64,000 nucleotides of DNA from an uncultured Gemmatimonadales bacterium (GTDB lineage: Bacteria > Gemmatimonadota > Gemmatimonadetes > Gemmatimonadales > Gemmatimonadaceae). Location of the stretch: NCBI GenBank assembly GCA_963701965.1, contig OY969695.1, forward strand, positions 704,001 through 768,000. Direction: 5' to 3'. The notes below the pieces were generated by a model. That model did no database searches. It was given only the letters and a program-made list of their open reading frames with translations, and was not told the DNA's origin. A program made the translations under genes and the position numbers. Of this stretch, positions 21,286 through 32,700 are shown piece after piece; the stretch's first letter is position 1, and each line of letters begins with the position of its first letter.

Positions 21286-22578
21286 ATGAGGCCATGCATG
21301 GCCTCGATCGCGGTGCCGCCCATCGAGCGAGACCACGTCCGGGCGATCGTGGAGGAGATTTATCGCGCGGACTCGCGTCGCGTCCTCGCGACACTCGTCG
21401 ATCTCCTGGGCGACTTTGATCGCGCCGAAGAGGCGATGCACGATGCGTTCGCGGCGGCGGTCGAACAGTGGTCGGAAGCCGGCATGCCCGCGCACCCACG
21501 GGCGTGGCTGATATCGACGGGACGGTTCAAGGCCATCGATAGCCTCCGGCGCCGCGTGCGATTCAATGCGTCGCTCGGTGAGTTCCAGCGGCGGCTGGAG
21601 CAGGAGATGGTCGACCCGGCGGCCTGGGACGACGAAAGCATTCCGGACGACCGGTTACGGCTGATCTTCACCTGTTGCCACCCCGCGCTGCCGCCGGACG
21701 CCCAGATCGCGCTGACACTGCGAGAAGTCTGCGGCCTCACCACGGAGGAGATCGCGCGAGCTTTCCTCACGGCGGTCCCAACGGTGGCCAAGCGCATCGT
21801 GCGCGCCAAGGCGAAGATCCGCGACGCCCACATTCCCTTCGAAGGGCCGTCGCCCACCGATCTTTCCGAGCGGTTGCCTACGGTCCTCCATGTGGTCTAT
21901 CTGATGTTCACGGAGGGATACGCCGCGTCGTCCGGTGCGTCACTGACGCGACCCGGTCTGACCGGCGAAGCCGTGCGCCTGGGACGGCTGTTGGCCGAAT
22001 TGCTGCCGGAACCCGAAGTGTTGGGACTCCTCGCGCTGATGCTGCTCCAGGAATCGCGCCGCTGCGCACGGGTCTCGCCCGACGGCGATCTGGTCTTGCT
22101 TCAGGATCAGGATCGCTCGCTCTGGAACAGGGATCTCATTGATGAAGGCGTGGCCCTGGTGGACCGGGCGCTCGCGTCGGATCCGGTAGGCCCTTATACG
22201 TTGCAGGCTGCGATCGCCACGGTGCATGCGGCGGCACCTAGCGCGGCCGCCACAGACTGGGAACAGATCGTGGGACTGTACGATCTGTTGCAGCGGGCGA
22301 GTCCGTCGCCTGTCGTAGAATTGAACCGCGCGGTGGCGATCGCCACGCGCGACACCCCGATCGCCGGTCTCAGACTCATCGATGCGATTCTGGTGCGCCG
22401 GGAACTCAAAGGCTATTACCTCGCCCACGCGGCGCGGGCCGACCTGTGCCGGCGACTCGGAAGGAGAGCGGAGGCCCGCGCGTCGTACGCGACGGCGCTC
22501 CGCCTGGCACGGGCCGAACCAGTACGGCGGTGTCTGGCAAAACGATTGAGTGCCTTGGCGGAAGGGGACCCCAGCTGA
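21286..22578 (+). CDS. ECF42-type sigma factor with DUF6596/TPR C-terminal extension
   Basis: DFDRAEEAMHDAF, DDRLRLIFTCCHPAL, GPYTLQAAIA..H, PSPVVELNRAVA; DGPF gene upstream. Confidence 0.88.
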   Translation: MRPCMASIAVPPIERDHVRAIVEEIYRADSRRVLATLVDLLGDFDRAEEAMHDAFAAAVEQWSEAGMPAHPRAWLISTGRFKAIDSLRRRVRFNASLGEFQRRLEQEMVDPAAWDDESIPDDRLRLIFTCCHPALPPDAQIALTLREVCGLTTEEIARAFLTAVPTVAKRIVRAKAKIRDAHIPFEGPSPTDLSERLPTVLHVVYLMFTEGYAASSGASLTRPGLTGEAVRLGRLLAELLPEPEVLGLLALMLLQESRRCARVSPDGDLVLLQDQDRSLWNRDLIDEGVALVDRALASDPVGPYTLQAAIATVHAAAPSAAATDWEQIVGLYDLLQRASPSPVVELNRAVAIATRDTPIAGLRLIDAILVRRELKGYYLAHAARADLCRRLGRRAEARASYATALRLARAEPVRRCLAKRLSALAEGDPS

Positions 22579-22617
22579 CCCGGTACCGACGCCGCGCGAG
22601 GACGAGAGGGCCCCGTT

Positions 22618-22645
22618 CCAACCATTTGGCGATCGAACGCTACTC
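22618..22645 (+). promoter_or_regulatory. Putative ECF promoter (CCAACC-N17-TACTC)
   Basis: Directly upstream of the ECF sigma at 22675 (autoregulatory position). Confidence 0.55.
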
Positions 22646-22674
22646 ACTATGATGGTTTACCGTCCATTCATGCC

Positions 22675-23208
22675 GTGGCGCTCGGACCCGAACAGGACTC
22701 CGTGACGGACGATCTCGCGCTCGTTCAGCGGTTTCTTCGGACGCGCGGCGAAGACGCATTTGACGCGCTGTATGAGGCACACACGCCGGCGCTGTATGCG
22801 CTGGCAATGCGCCTCACGGGCGGCGATCAGAGCGAAGCGGAGGATCTCGTGCAGGAAAGCTGGGTCCGCGCCGTGCGGGCCTTGTCATCGTTCCACGCGA
22901 AGGCCGCGCTGCGCTCCTGGTTGTGTGGAGTGCTGGTGAATGTCCGGGGGGCGCGTATGCGGGCCGACTGGCGCACGGTCGACGCACCCGGCCTGGACCC
23001 GGTCGCGCATAGCAATGGCCCCGATGACACGCTCGACCTGGAGCGCGCGATCGGCACGCTGCCGGAGGGGGCCCGGGACGTGTTCGTGCTCCACGATGTC
23101 TATGGGTATACGCACCGAGAGATCGCCGAGATGCTGAGCATTGTAGAGGGGACGTCGAAAAGCCAGCTCACCCGTGCGCGGGCCCTGCTCCGGAGGTGGT
23201 TGTCATGA
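22675..23208 (+). CDS. ECF RNA polymerase sigma factor
   Basis: AEDLVQESW (region 2), LPEGARDVFVLHDVYGYTHREIAEMLSIVEGTSKSQLTRAR (region 4). Confidence 0.9.
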   Translation: MALGPEQDSVTDDLALVQRFLRTRGEDAFDALYEAHTPALYALAMRLTGGDQSEAEDLVQESWVRAVRALSSFHAKAALRSWLCGVLVNVRGARMRADWRTVDAPGLDPVAHSNGPDDTLDLERAIGTLPEGARDVFVLHDVYGYTHREIAEMLSIVEGTSKSQLTRARALLRRWLS

Positions 23209-23663
23209 GGGAGCTGCCGTGGGAACGACCGCTGGACCCCGCGCTGAAACAGCGCGTCGTGTCGACGCTCGTCGCAGCGGGTCTCGTCCGTCGCCGGCGC
23301 GCGTGGCGCGTCTGGGTGGCGGCGGCCGCCGCGGTGGTCGTGGTCACGATCGCTATGTCGGTCTTTCGCCCTCGGCATCCGCTGACGCCACGCAGCACAT
23401 ACGTGCTCCTGCTCGATGAAGACTCGACGTACCACCCTGCCCCGCAGGGCCGTAACGGCGAGCGGGTCGCCGAGTTGGCGCGCTGGGCGGACTCTCTCGA
23501 CGCGGCCGGGAAGTTCGAGCGCGCCGGTCGGCTCGTCGGCCCTGGGTCGATCGGCGGGATGTTCATGGTACGGGCGGCTGACGACTCGGACGCGGAACGT
23601 ATCGCGGCCACATGCCCCTTCACGCAGCATGGGGGGCGCATCGTGATCAAACGGTTCGAATGA
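23205..23663 (+). CDS. Single-TM putative anti-sigma with YciI-like C-terminal domain
   Basis: ATGA overlap with the sigma gene, TM helix, YVLLL...IGGMFMVRA...AERIAATCP...GGRIVIK. Confidence 0.65.
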   Translation: MRELPWERPLDPALKQRVVSTLVAAGLVRRRRAWRVWVAAAAAVVVVTIAMSVFRPRHPLTPRSTYVLLLDEDSTYHPAPQGRNGERVAELARWADSLDAAGKFERAGRLVGPGSIGGMFMVRAADDSDAERIAATCPFTQHGGRIVIKRFE

Positions 23664-23767
23664 GCTAGCGGCTCGGGCGCATGGCCCGCGCGCACCCGAT
23701 GTCGGCGTACGATGTTGGACGTCGGTGAACCGTAGCGGTCCCTGCCACGCGAAGCGAAAGACGTATT

Positions 23768-23795
23768 GCAACCTTTTCCGCATTCGCGGGCACTC
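23768..23795 (+). promoter_or_regulatory. Putative ECF promoter (GCAACC-N17-CACTC)
   Basis: Third copy of the motif, upstream of the secreted protein at 23866. Confidence 0.55.
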
Positions 23796-23865
23796 ATTCC
23801 CGAGCGGCGCTCGTTACTGCGAAGGGCGCGCCGTGGGCGAAGTCGGATCACACAGGAGACACTCA

Positions 23866-24579
23866 ATGCTCCGAAGCACAGCTAAAGCGATCGCATGGAG
23901 ACCGGTGGTGTTGGTCGCCGCGTTCGGCGCCGCGTGGCCGATTCAGGCACAGGACACAAAGATGCAGGATACGAACTCACCCTACCCCAGCATGGCTCCG
24001 ATCGCGCAATACCGGATGGACCGTGATGCAGAGATCGCGCTGGCGCGCACGGCGGCCCCGGCGTCGATCACGGGCGATGCCGAGATTTTCGTGATGGGAC
24101 AGAAGAACTTCGAAGTCGCCGTCCAGGGCAAGAACGGTTTCGTCTGTCTGGTGGGCAGAGCGTTTGCGGGGCCAGTGAACAACCCGGAGTTTTGGAATCC
24201 GAAGAATCGGAGCCCCGTATGCCTCAATCCGCCTGCCGCGCGGTCCCTCATGCCTTATGCTATGAAACAGACCGGGATGGCATTGGCTGGCGCCTCGAAA
24301 GCCCAAATCACCGAGGCGATCAGGACCGCGGTCGCCAAGAAAGAGCTGGGTGCTCCGGAGTCGGGTTCCATGGAATACATGATGTCCAAGGAAGCGTACC
24401 TGACCGATCGGGCCGGCCATAATCTGGCCCACGTGATGTTTGAACTTCCACGCAACGGCGTATTGCAGGACGACCCGAACTTTTTTGTGTCCTGGGATCC
24501 AGCCCCAGTGATCGAGTTTAACGTTCCCGTGGGTCATTGGTCGGACGGATCGGATATCACCGCGTCGAATACCCACTGA
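23866..24579 (+). CDS. Conserved hypothetical secreted protein
   Basis: AGGAG SD, signal peptide, EIALARTAAP...GKNGFVCLV...PVCLNPPAARS...YMMSK..YL...HVMF. Confidence 0.75.
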   Translation: MLRSTAKAIAWRPVVLVAAFGAAWPIQAQDTKMQDTNSPYPSMAPIAQYRMDRDAEIALARTAAPASITGDAEIFVMGQKNFEVAVQGKNGFVCLVGRAFAGPVNNPEFWNPKNRSPVCLNPPAARSLMPYAMKQTGMALAGASKAQITEAIRTAVAKKELGAPESGSMEYMMSKEAYLTDRAGHNLAHVMFELPRNGVLQDDPNFFVSWDPAPVIEFNVPVGHWSDGSDITASNTH

Positions 24580-24600
24580 CGCGCGTTCTGCACACGGTTT

Positions 24601-24628
24601 CGCCCACCCGGACCCGGGTGGGCGTTTT
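24601..24628 (+). terminator. Intrinsic terminator
   Basis: CGCCCACCCGG-A-CCCGGGTGGGCG hairpin followed by TTTT. Confidence 0.75.
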
Positions 24629-25020
24629 CGTATCCATGCGCGCCGATGCCCCTTTCGTCGTGCAGTGGCCAGGTTCGGAGATCCGATCGTCGCTACTGGG
24701 ATTGATAGACTCGATACGTGATCCCGCCTCATCCAGCCGCGGCCGCGGACCACCCAATCGACTACAGCATTGTGTCCAGCGCGTTCGGATCGGAGACCGG
24801 AGGTCGCCAAGCCGAACGGACAACCACTGTCACCATTCGACGGTGAAGCCTCTCCGGTGGGAACCGGAACGCGCGCCGCACGGCCGACCCGAATCTCGGT
24901 AACCACTCTCACCTGCGCGATGGTGCGGGTGGGACACAGCGCCGGAGTTCCGCGCCTCGCCCCGGCGAACGGACGCCCCTTCTCCGCTAGAAGGGTGATC
25001 AGCCGTTATCGTTCAACGTT

Positions 25021-26688
25021 ATGGCTCCCGCGCTGGGCGCCGGACTTCGCAGGCGACAACTGACGTATGTACTAGAGCTCGTCGTACTGACGACAGTGTA
25101 CGTCGTTGCGGCGCGTTTCGGCTTCGCCTTCAATCTGGTGTCGGGGTTCGCGGCGCTCGTCTGGCCAGCCACCGGGATTTCGCTCGCTGCGCTCCTGATC
25201 TTCGGCTACCGCCTCTGGCCCGCGGTGCTGCTCGGTGCGGCCATCGCCAACGTGCTCTTCGGCGCTCCGCTCGCGGTCGCGCTCTCTACCGGTGCCGGCA
25301 ACGCACTGGAAGCGTTGATTGGGGCGTATGCCCTGCGCTCCGTCCCCGGTTTTCGCCGCGCGCTCGACCGTGTTTCCAATGTTCTGGCGCTCATACTCCT
25401 TGCAGGCATGGCAAGCACGACGGTCAGCGCCACCGTAGGGGTATTCGCACTGCATTTGGCCGGCCTGGTGGCCGCCGATGCGCTCGGTGATACGTGGCGC
25501 AACTGGTGGCTTGGCGATTTTAACGGTGTCTTGGTAGTCGCGCCGTTATTGCTCGTGTGGTCAACGCGGATCCGCCACCCATTGAGTGCTCGGCGCATCT
25601 CGGAGGCCGTTGTACTCGGGATCTGCATAGTCGCTGCAACCGCATTCATATTCGCTCGATCGCCTAGGACCTACTCGCCGCTCCATTCTCCGTATCTGCT
25701 GTTCACGCTCTTGATCTGGGCCGCGGTGCGATTCGGGCAGCGAGGAGTCGTCGCCGCCACACCGCTCATTGCCGCACTAGCCGTCTGGGCAACCGCGCTG
25801 GGCCACGGCCCATTCGTGCAGTCGGCACCCTACAACGGCCTGCTGGCCCTTCAGCTCTTCATGGCCGTCACCGCCGCGACATTTCTTCTGCTTGGTGCCG
25901 CCTTTTCCGAACAGCAGCACGTAACCGCTGCCTTGGAGGAATCGTTGGTCGAACAGAAACGCCTCTATGAGGCGGTCGCCGACGCCAACCAGGCCAAGAC
26001 GCAATTCATGGCGGTGATGAGCCACGAGCTGCGAACACCGTTAAATGCGATCGCCGGCTACGTTGAGCTCATCGACGCCGGCATCCATGGTCCTGTCACG
26101 CCGCAACAAAAGGCGGATCTCGCCCGCATCCGACGGAGTGAGCGTCGCTTGCTCTCGGTCGTGAACGACATCCTCAACTTCACGAAGCTCGACGCGGGTC
26201 ACCTCGACTATCATTTTGAGAACATCCCGTTGGAACGCATTCTGGGTACCCTCGATGATCTCATTCGTCCACAGCTCGAGGGGAAGCGTCTCAACTACCT
26301 GCTCGGCGATTTCGATCCCCATACGCTGGTACGCGCCGACTCGGAGAAGGTCGAGCAGATCCTCCTCAACCTCCTGTCCAACGCGATCAAGTTCACGCCG
26401 CCTGGTGGCTCGATCCATGTCTCGTGCGACGTCTTCGATGATCGCATCGTAATGTCAGTGCGCGACACCGGCCGCGGCATAGCTCCCGAGAAGCTCCTAC
26501 GAATCTTCGATCCGTTCGTCCAGGTGGATCGACGTCTCGCCAATCCGCAGGACGGTGTGGGTCTGGGGCTCGCGATAAGCCGGGCGCTCGCCCATGCCAT
26601 GCGAGGGGAGCTGTCGGTTCAGAGCGCACCTGGCGTCGGCTCCACCTTCAGCCTCTCGCTTCCGCGGGCCGAGGACGATCGGCAGTGA
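25021..26688 (+). CDS. MASE1-domain sensor histidine kinase
   Basis: Multi-TM N-terminus (VWPATGISLA, WWLGD), H-box MSHELRTPLN, NLLSNAIKFT, DTGRGI, GLGLAI. Confidence 0.9.
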   Translation: MAPALGAGLRRRQLTYVLELVVLTTVYVVAARFGFAFNLVSGFAALVWPATGISLAALLIFGYRLWPAVLLGAAIANVLFGAPLAVALSTGAGNALEALIGAYALRSVPGFRRALDRVSNVLALILLAGMASTTVSATVGVFALHLAGLVAADALGDTWRNWWLGDFNGVLVVAPLLLVWSTRIRHPLSARRISEAVVLGICIVAATAFIFARSPRTYSPLHSPYLLFTLLIWAAVRFGQRGVVAATPLIAALAVWATALGHGPFVQSAPYNGLLALQLFMAVTAATFLLLGAAFSEQQHVTAALEESLVEQKRLYEAVADANQAKTQFMAVMSHELRTPLNAIAGYVELIDAGIHGPVTPQQKADLARIRRSERRLLSVVNDILNFTKLDAGHLDYHFENIPLERILGTLDDLIRPQLEGKRLNYLLGDFDPHTLVRADSEKVEQILLNLLSNAIKFTPPGGSIHVSCDVFDDRIVMSVRDTGRGIAPEKLLRIFDPFVQVDRRLANPQDGVGLGLAISRALAHAMRGELSVQSAPGVGSTFSLSLPRAEDDRQ

Positions 26689-27004
26689 GCACTAGCGCGT
26701 AGACTGCCGAACCATCAAGTCATCTCCACACACCGTCGCGAACGTCGCGTACGGCTTCGTCTCCAAGAGTCTCGTCAGCCGCGAGAACAGCCAACCGCCA
26801 GCGGACCAAGCCGTGAGCCGGGTCTGGAATCAGGTCAACCAACGCGCACGGACCTGGCGGCTGACCCGGCCAAGGACGGCGCCGGGCGGTTGGCGATTCC
26901 CACCCGGCGCCGCTCCAGTGCGCCCTGCGGTGACATCGGACGCCTGGCGCCCTCAGCCAAAAGACGCGTCAGCGCTGCCGACGTCGATCCTTAAGTCGCA
27001 CACG

Positions 27005-29329
27005 TCACTCCCGCGCGAGGAGCGCGATGGCCTCCCGATCCAGGTCGACGTACTGCTCGCCCGTCACATTCACCGTCACTTGCTGGATCGTACCTCCCTG
27101 GAAGTCGAACGGCGGCTCATACTCGCTGCTGACGGGGTCGGCCGAATCCCGGCCGATCATCAGGCCCTCGCCCGCGAGCGAGAACTTGCCCGGCTGCGTG
27201 CGCATCGACCCCTGGGCCACCACGTCGTCGCCGATGAACAGCTTCAACGTGCCGTTGGCCACGCCTTTCGGATCCTCCTTCGTCTTGTTGAACTCCATCC
27301 CCACCGTGACCTTGCCCTTCGGCACGGCTTTCGACGAGACGAACTTCTGCTCATCCATGCCCAGAAAGTTGTACGTGTAGTACAGCTTCCCCTGCTTCAT
27401 GAACAACGTATGCCCGCCGAATCGCGACCCCTCGGCCAGGATCACGCCCTGGGCGTCGGGGGCATCGAGCGTCAGGTTGGCGATGATCGAGTACGAGCGA
27501 TTGCGGATGTTGGCCGCCACGCCCTCGCCCACCTCGCTCGTGTGCGGATAGTACGTGTAGCTCGTGCGCGGCTTCGAGGTCGTGGGCCGCGGGGTCAGGA
27601 TGAATTCCAACGCCGTGCGGTCGTCCAACGGGAAGACGTTGTTGCGCCCGGCGACCGCGTACCACCGCGCCACCATCTCCTGCGTCTTCGCCGGCTCCTG
27701 GGCCGCCAGATCCCGGGTTTCCGTCCGGTCCTCGGCAATATGGTACAGCTCCCACACGTCCGACATGAAATGACCTTTCCCCGATAGCGCGCCGTGCCGG
27801 GCGACGACCTTCCACCCATCGTAGTACAGCGCCCGCGTACCCAGCATCTCGTAGTATTGGGTCTTCCGCGTGCTCGCGACTTTCCCGTCCGCGAACGTGT
27901 ATCGCATGCTCGCGCCTTGAATCGGGATCTGCGTGTAGCCCTTGACCACATCCGGGGGCTCGATCCCGGCGCAATCGTAGATCGTCGGGACGAGGTCGAT
28001 GGCGTGGTGGTACTGATCGCGGACCCCGCCGCCCTGCTTCATTTCCTTTCGCCAGGAAATGATCAGCGGATCGGCGATCCCGCCCTCCAACGAGTAGCGC
28101 TTGAACATCTTGTATGGCGTGTTGAACGCCCACGCCCATCCGGTTGGATAATGATTGTACGTGTTCGGACTCCCCAGTTGATCGATCTGGGCCAGGTTGT
28201 CCTTGAGACTGTCGGGCCACCCGTTGAAGAACTTGTTCTCGTTGACTGACCCGTTCGGGCTGCCTTCCCCGCTCGCCCCGTTATCGGACATCGCGACGAT
28301 AATCGTGTTGTCCATCTGGCCGGACGCCTCGAGATAGTCCAGTAGCCGCCCGAGCTCGTGATCCGTGTAGCTCGAAAACCCGGCATAGACCTCGGCCATC
28401 CGCGCGAAGAGCCGCTTCTGATCCGCCGACAGGCCGTTCCACGGCAGCACCTGGTCGGAATCGGCAATGACGTCGGGCCACGGCCAGGGGTTGATGGGCG
28501 ATAGCTCGGTGCTGGCGGGGACGATCCCCATCTCTTTCTGCCGCGCCAACGTTTCCTCGCGGTACTTCTCGTACCCCGCGTCAAACTGACCCTTGTACTT
28601 GTCGGCCCACTCTTTCGGCGAATGATGCGGCGCGTGGTTGGCGCCGAACGCCAGATAGGTGAACCACGGTTTGTCCGGTGCGACCTGCTGGCCATCCTGG
28701 ATGAACTGGATCGCCTTATCCACGAGGTCCTTGCTCAGGTGATACCCCTCCTCGGGCGACGCCGGCGGTTCGATGAAATGATTGTCGTAGACCAAGTCGG
28801 GATACCAGTTGTTCGTCTCACCGCCCAGAAATCCGTAATACCGCTCGAATCCGCGGCCCGTCGGCCAGGTCCGCTTGGACCCCGCCATGCTGGACTCCGT
28901 CTCGGGCGTCAGGTGCCACTTGCCGACGCAATACGTGTTGTAGCCGTTCTCGACCAGCACTTCGGCAATCGTCCCGCATTCCATCGGAATCACGCCACTG
29001 TGCCCGGGAAACCCTGAAGTCGCTTCGGTGATGACGGCCATGTTGTTCGTGTGACAATTCCGCCCAGTCATGAAGCACGACCGCGTCGGCGAACAGAGCG
29101 CCGTCGTGTGCCAGTTGGTAAAGCGCAATCCCGCATCGGCAATGCGTTTGAGATTGGGCATCCGGATCAGACCGCCGAACACATCCCAGGCGGCGATACC
29201 GGTGTCATCAATGATCACATAGAGAACATTGGGCGACCCGCCTTTCGCCGTCGGCGCCTCGAAGGGCCCCCAGTCCGGCGTCGACTCACGCGTGTCGAGG
29301 TCGATCGTACCCTTAAACGGCTTGGCCAT
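27005..29329 (-). CDS. Arylsulfatase (formylglycine-dependent) with C-terminal extension
   Basis: PNVLYVIIDDTG, CSPTR, VGKWHL, ANHAPH, SDNGAS; start MAKPFKG at 29329. Confidence 0.92.
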   Translation of the reverse strand: MAKPFKGTIDLDTRESTPDWGPFEAPTAKGGSPNVLYVIIDDTGIAAWDVFGGLIRMPNLKRIADAGLRFTNWHTTALCSPTRSCFMTGRNCHTNNMAVITEATSGFPGHSGVIPMECGTIAEVLVENGYNTYCVGKWHLTPETESSMAGSKRTWPTGRGFERYYGFLGGETNNWYPDLVYDNHFIEPPASPEEGYHLSKDLVDKAIQFIQDGQQVAPDKPWFTYLAFGANHAPHHSPKEWADKYKGQFDAGYEKYREETLARQKEMGIVPASTELSPINPWPWPDVIADSDQVLPWNGLSADQKRLFARMAEVYAGFSSYTDHELGRLLDYLEASGQMDNTIIVAMSDNGASGEGSPNGSVNENKFFNGWPDSLKDNLAQIDQLGSPNTYNHYPTGWAWAFNTPYKMFKRYSLEGGIADPLIISWRKEMKQGGGVRDQYHHAIDLVPTIYDCAGIEPPDVVKGYTQIPIQGASMRYTFADGKVASTRKTQYYEMLGTRALYYDGWKVVARHGALSGKGHFMSDVWELYHIAEDRTETRDLAAQEPAKTQEMVARWYAVAGRNNVFPLDDRTALEFILTPRPTTSKPRTSYTYYPHTSEVGEGVAANIRNRSYSIIANLTLDAPDAQGVILAEGSRFGGHTLFMKQGKLYYTYNFLGMDEQKFVSSKAVPKGKVTVGMEFNKTKEDPKGVANGTLKLFIGDDVVAQGSMRTQPGKFSLAGEGLMIGRDSADPVSSEYEPPFDFQGGTIQQVTVNVTGEQYVDLDREAIALLARE

Positions 29330-29559
29330 ACGGCACACTCTCGAGGGCGAAATGGGTAAGCACTGCAGAACGACGGCCGTACCCTGTGAGTATGCGGTCG
29401 TAGAACGAGTTCGCCGTATTGGACCTTGGTGGTTGGCGGGCACGTGCGCAGTCGAACGCCCGATCCGCGTCGTCCTGCTTTGGAAGTCCCTGACGAACGC
29501 CTGAGATCAGCGCGGCGCGAGCAATGCGTCGAGGCTCCGGGGATGATAGGATCAGGGCG

Positions 29560-29760
29560 ACCGTCGCAAAAAGGCGACGCGAGGAACGTCGAGAAGCGGG
29601 TCGTCCCGACCCATTCTGTTACGTGCGCGCTCAACGATTCCACTTGGAACACGGGAGCCAGCGGGTCGAGCCTCGCGACCGCGCGTTGAAGCGTCGCGGT
29701 CAGCCCCTCGGGCTTGCCGTGGGTCCGCACGGCGATGACGACGGTGTTGAGACGGAACGC
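29560..29760 (-). pseudogene. Fragment of ADOP/FtsX-MacB-type ABC permease
   Basis: VIAVRTHGKPEGLTATLQRAVARLDPLAPVFQVESL...RFSTFL, with no start or remainder. Confidence 0.55.
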
Positions 29761-29762
29761 GC

Positions 29763-32700
29763 TCAGCCTGGACTCCGACTCCCAAGTGGGAGTTCGACCG
29801 TGAACGCCGAGCCGTTGGCTGCGACGCTACGGACACGCACGTCTCCGCCCATGCCGCGAGCCAGGTCGCGACTGATCGCCAGCCCCAATCCCGTGCCTTC
29901 GGTGACGGCGGTCAACTTTCGCTGCAACTGCACGAACGGGTCGAAAATCGTCTCCTGCTTGTCTCGCGGAATGCCGATGCCAGTGTCTGCGACCCGAATG
30001 AAGCCCACCCCGTGCCGAGGCGCGTCACGCCTCTCCCCGAGCACGGGCGTATCGATCGTGATCTGCCCGCCACGCCCGGTGAACTTGACCGCGTTCGAAA
30101 GCAGGTTCAGGAGGATTTGCTGCAGCTTATCGCGGTCGGCGCGTACAATAAGCTCCGTCGCGACCTGGATGCCGCAGGCGATGCCCTTTGCGGCCATCTG
30201 CGGCTCGATGATCCCGGCGATGTCCGCAACCACCTCGGCGACCGACACGTCCGCGGACGCGAACTCCACGCGTCCGGCCTCCAGTTTGGCGAAATTGAGC
30301 ACGTCGTTGATCAAGGCCAGCAAGTACTGCTGGTTGCGCTGGATCCGTCCCAGCGCGTCACGTTGCAAATCCGTCAGTGGGCCATGGATTCCCAGTTCCA
30401 TGAGCTGCGTGTGGCCGGCGATGGCGTTGAGCGGCGTCCGCAGCTCGTGGCTCATGACGGCGAGGAACTCCGCCTTGGCCGCGTTTGCCTCCTCGGCCCG
30501 CTGACGAGCGGCCTCGGCGTCACCCCAGGCCCGCTCGGCCTCGGAGCGCGCGCGCACCTGATCGGTCAAATCCACGCCGTGGACAAAGACACCCGACCGC
30601 GAGTGGTCCGCCTCGACGAGAGGCTGGTAGACGAACGTGACGAACCGCTGCTCGAACGGGCCTCCGGGTGTCCGCTGCAGCGCGATCGGCAGCTCGTGGC
30701 CGACGAACGACTCCCCCGTCGCGAGCACACGATCCAGCAGGGCGAAGTAATCCGTCGCTTCTGGGATCGCCTCGCGAACCGGCCGTCCGACGAGCTCTCG
30801 GAAACCCACGAGCTGATGGTAGGCATCATTCGCCATCTCGAACACGTGCTCGGGTCCGCGCAGCACACAGATGAACGTGGGTGCTTTGCGGAACACGTCC
30901 GCCAGCCGCACCTGCTCCACCTGCAGCCGGCTGTGCGCCTCGGCCAGCCGGGCGTGTGCGTCCATCACCTCGGCGGCCGCACGCGCGCGCGCCCGCGAGA
31001 GGGCGAGGTGCGCGCCGACGCGAGCGACGAGCTCGCGCGCGGAGAAGGGTTTGACCAGGTAGTCATCGGCCCCCGCCTTCAACCCCTCGACCCGCGATTC
31101 CTCGCCGGCTCGCGCCGAAACCAGAATGACGGGCACCGCGGCCGTTGCCACATCGCTCCGCAGCGCGCGGAGCAGCGCGAACCCGTCCCGTCCGGGCATC
31201 ATGACATCCGTCAGTACGAGGTCGGGCGCGCACCCTGAGGCTGTCCGCTCCCGTACGGCGTCGAGCGCCGCATCACCGTCGGCGGCGGTCTCGACGAACC
31301 AGCCTTGCTCGCGCAACAGGCGCCCCATGTATTGGCGCATGTCGGCGTTGTCATCGACGACCAGGATAGCGGGCGGCGACCCCACGGGCGATGGGGACTC
31401 CGTCAACACCGGATCGGCACCAGTCGTGACGGTATCCGCGTGTCGCGGCTCGTCCTCATCGGGAAGCCAGCGCAGCGCCTCCGCGACAAACGGCGCCGCG
31501 CCGTGGGAGACAGGCCGGCGGTCGCCAGCAGCCGTCGACGCGTGGACGTGCTCCCGAGGCAGGTGCGCGGAGCCGAACGGCATGGTGACGGTGAATGTCG
31601 CACCGGCGCCGTGCTGACTCGCGGCGCTGATCGTGCCGCCGTGGAGTCGGACGAGCTCCTGCACGAGCGCAAGCCCAATGCCAGTGCCCTCGTGTGTCCG
31701 GCTGCGCGTGTTCGGCAGGCGGTGGAACCGCTCGAAGACGCGCGTCAATTCGGCCGCCGGGATCCCAATGCCCGTATCGCGCACCACGAGATCGACGTGG
31801 TCCCCCCGGGCGCGGATGCTCACCGCAATCTCACCCTCGAACGTGTGCTTGAACGCGTTCGACAGCAGGTTGAGGACGATCTTTTCCCACATTGTGCGGT
31901 CGACGTGCACCGCCCCGCGTTCCACGGGCAGTGGTGGCGTATCGACGACGAGGGAGAGCCCGGCGCTCTCGACCGCAGAGCGGAACGTGCTCGCCAACTC
32001 TGCCGTGTAGGCGGCGAGGTCCGTCGGTTCGAACCAGGCATCGGCGCGACCCGCCTCTACGCGCGCGAAATCGAGCAGCGAATTCACGAGCTTGAGGAGC
32101 CGCAGTCCGTTCCGATGGGCGAGCGCCAAGCCCTCCTCGCCCAAGACGCGGGTGTCGGAATTCAGCGCATCCTCGAGCGGGCCGAGCAGCAAGGTGAGTG
32201 GCGTGCGGAACTCGTGGCTGACGTTGGAAAAGAACGTCGTCTTGGCGCGATTCAGTTCGGCCAAGGCGTCGGCGCGCCGCTTCTCGTCTTCGTGCGCCCG
32301 GGCGTTCGCAACCGCTGTGGCGATCTGCGTGGCGACGAGTTGGAAGAACCCGCGATAGTCGTCGTCGAGCGCGCACCGCGGGCTGAATGCCGCGACCAGG
32401 ATTCCCCACGGCCGGTCCTGTCTCGCGCCGGCGATTGGCAGCACCATGGCGCGCTCGGGCGGCTCGGTCCACGGCCCGCCGGTAGGCGTGCCGAACCGCA
32501 CGCCGACGTCCTCTACCAGCTCGGGATCGCCGGTGCGAAGGACGCGACCGAGGGGCCATCCCGCGTCCCCGGAAACGGTGTGGGTGAGATCGATGCACCG
32601 CTGGCTCGCGAGCCCATCTTCTGTGAGCCCCGACGAACCGGCGAGGTGCGCCACTTCGCCCGTTTCGTCGATCAGATACAGCAGCGCACAGGGCACGTCG

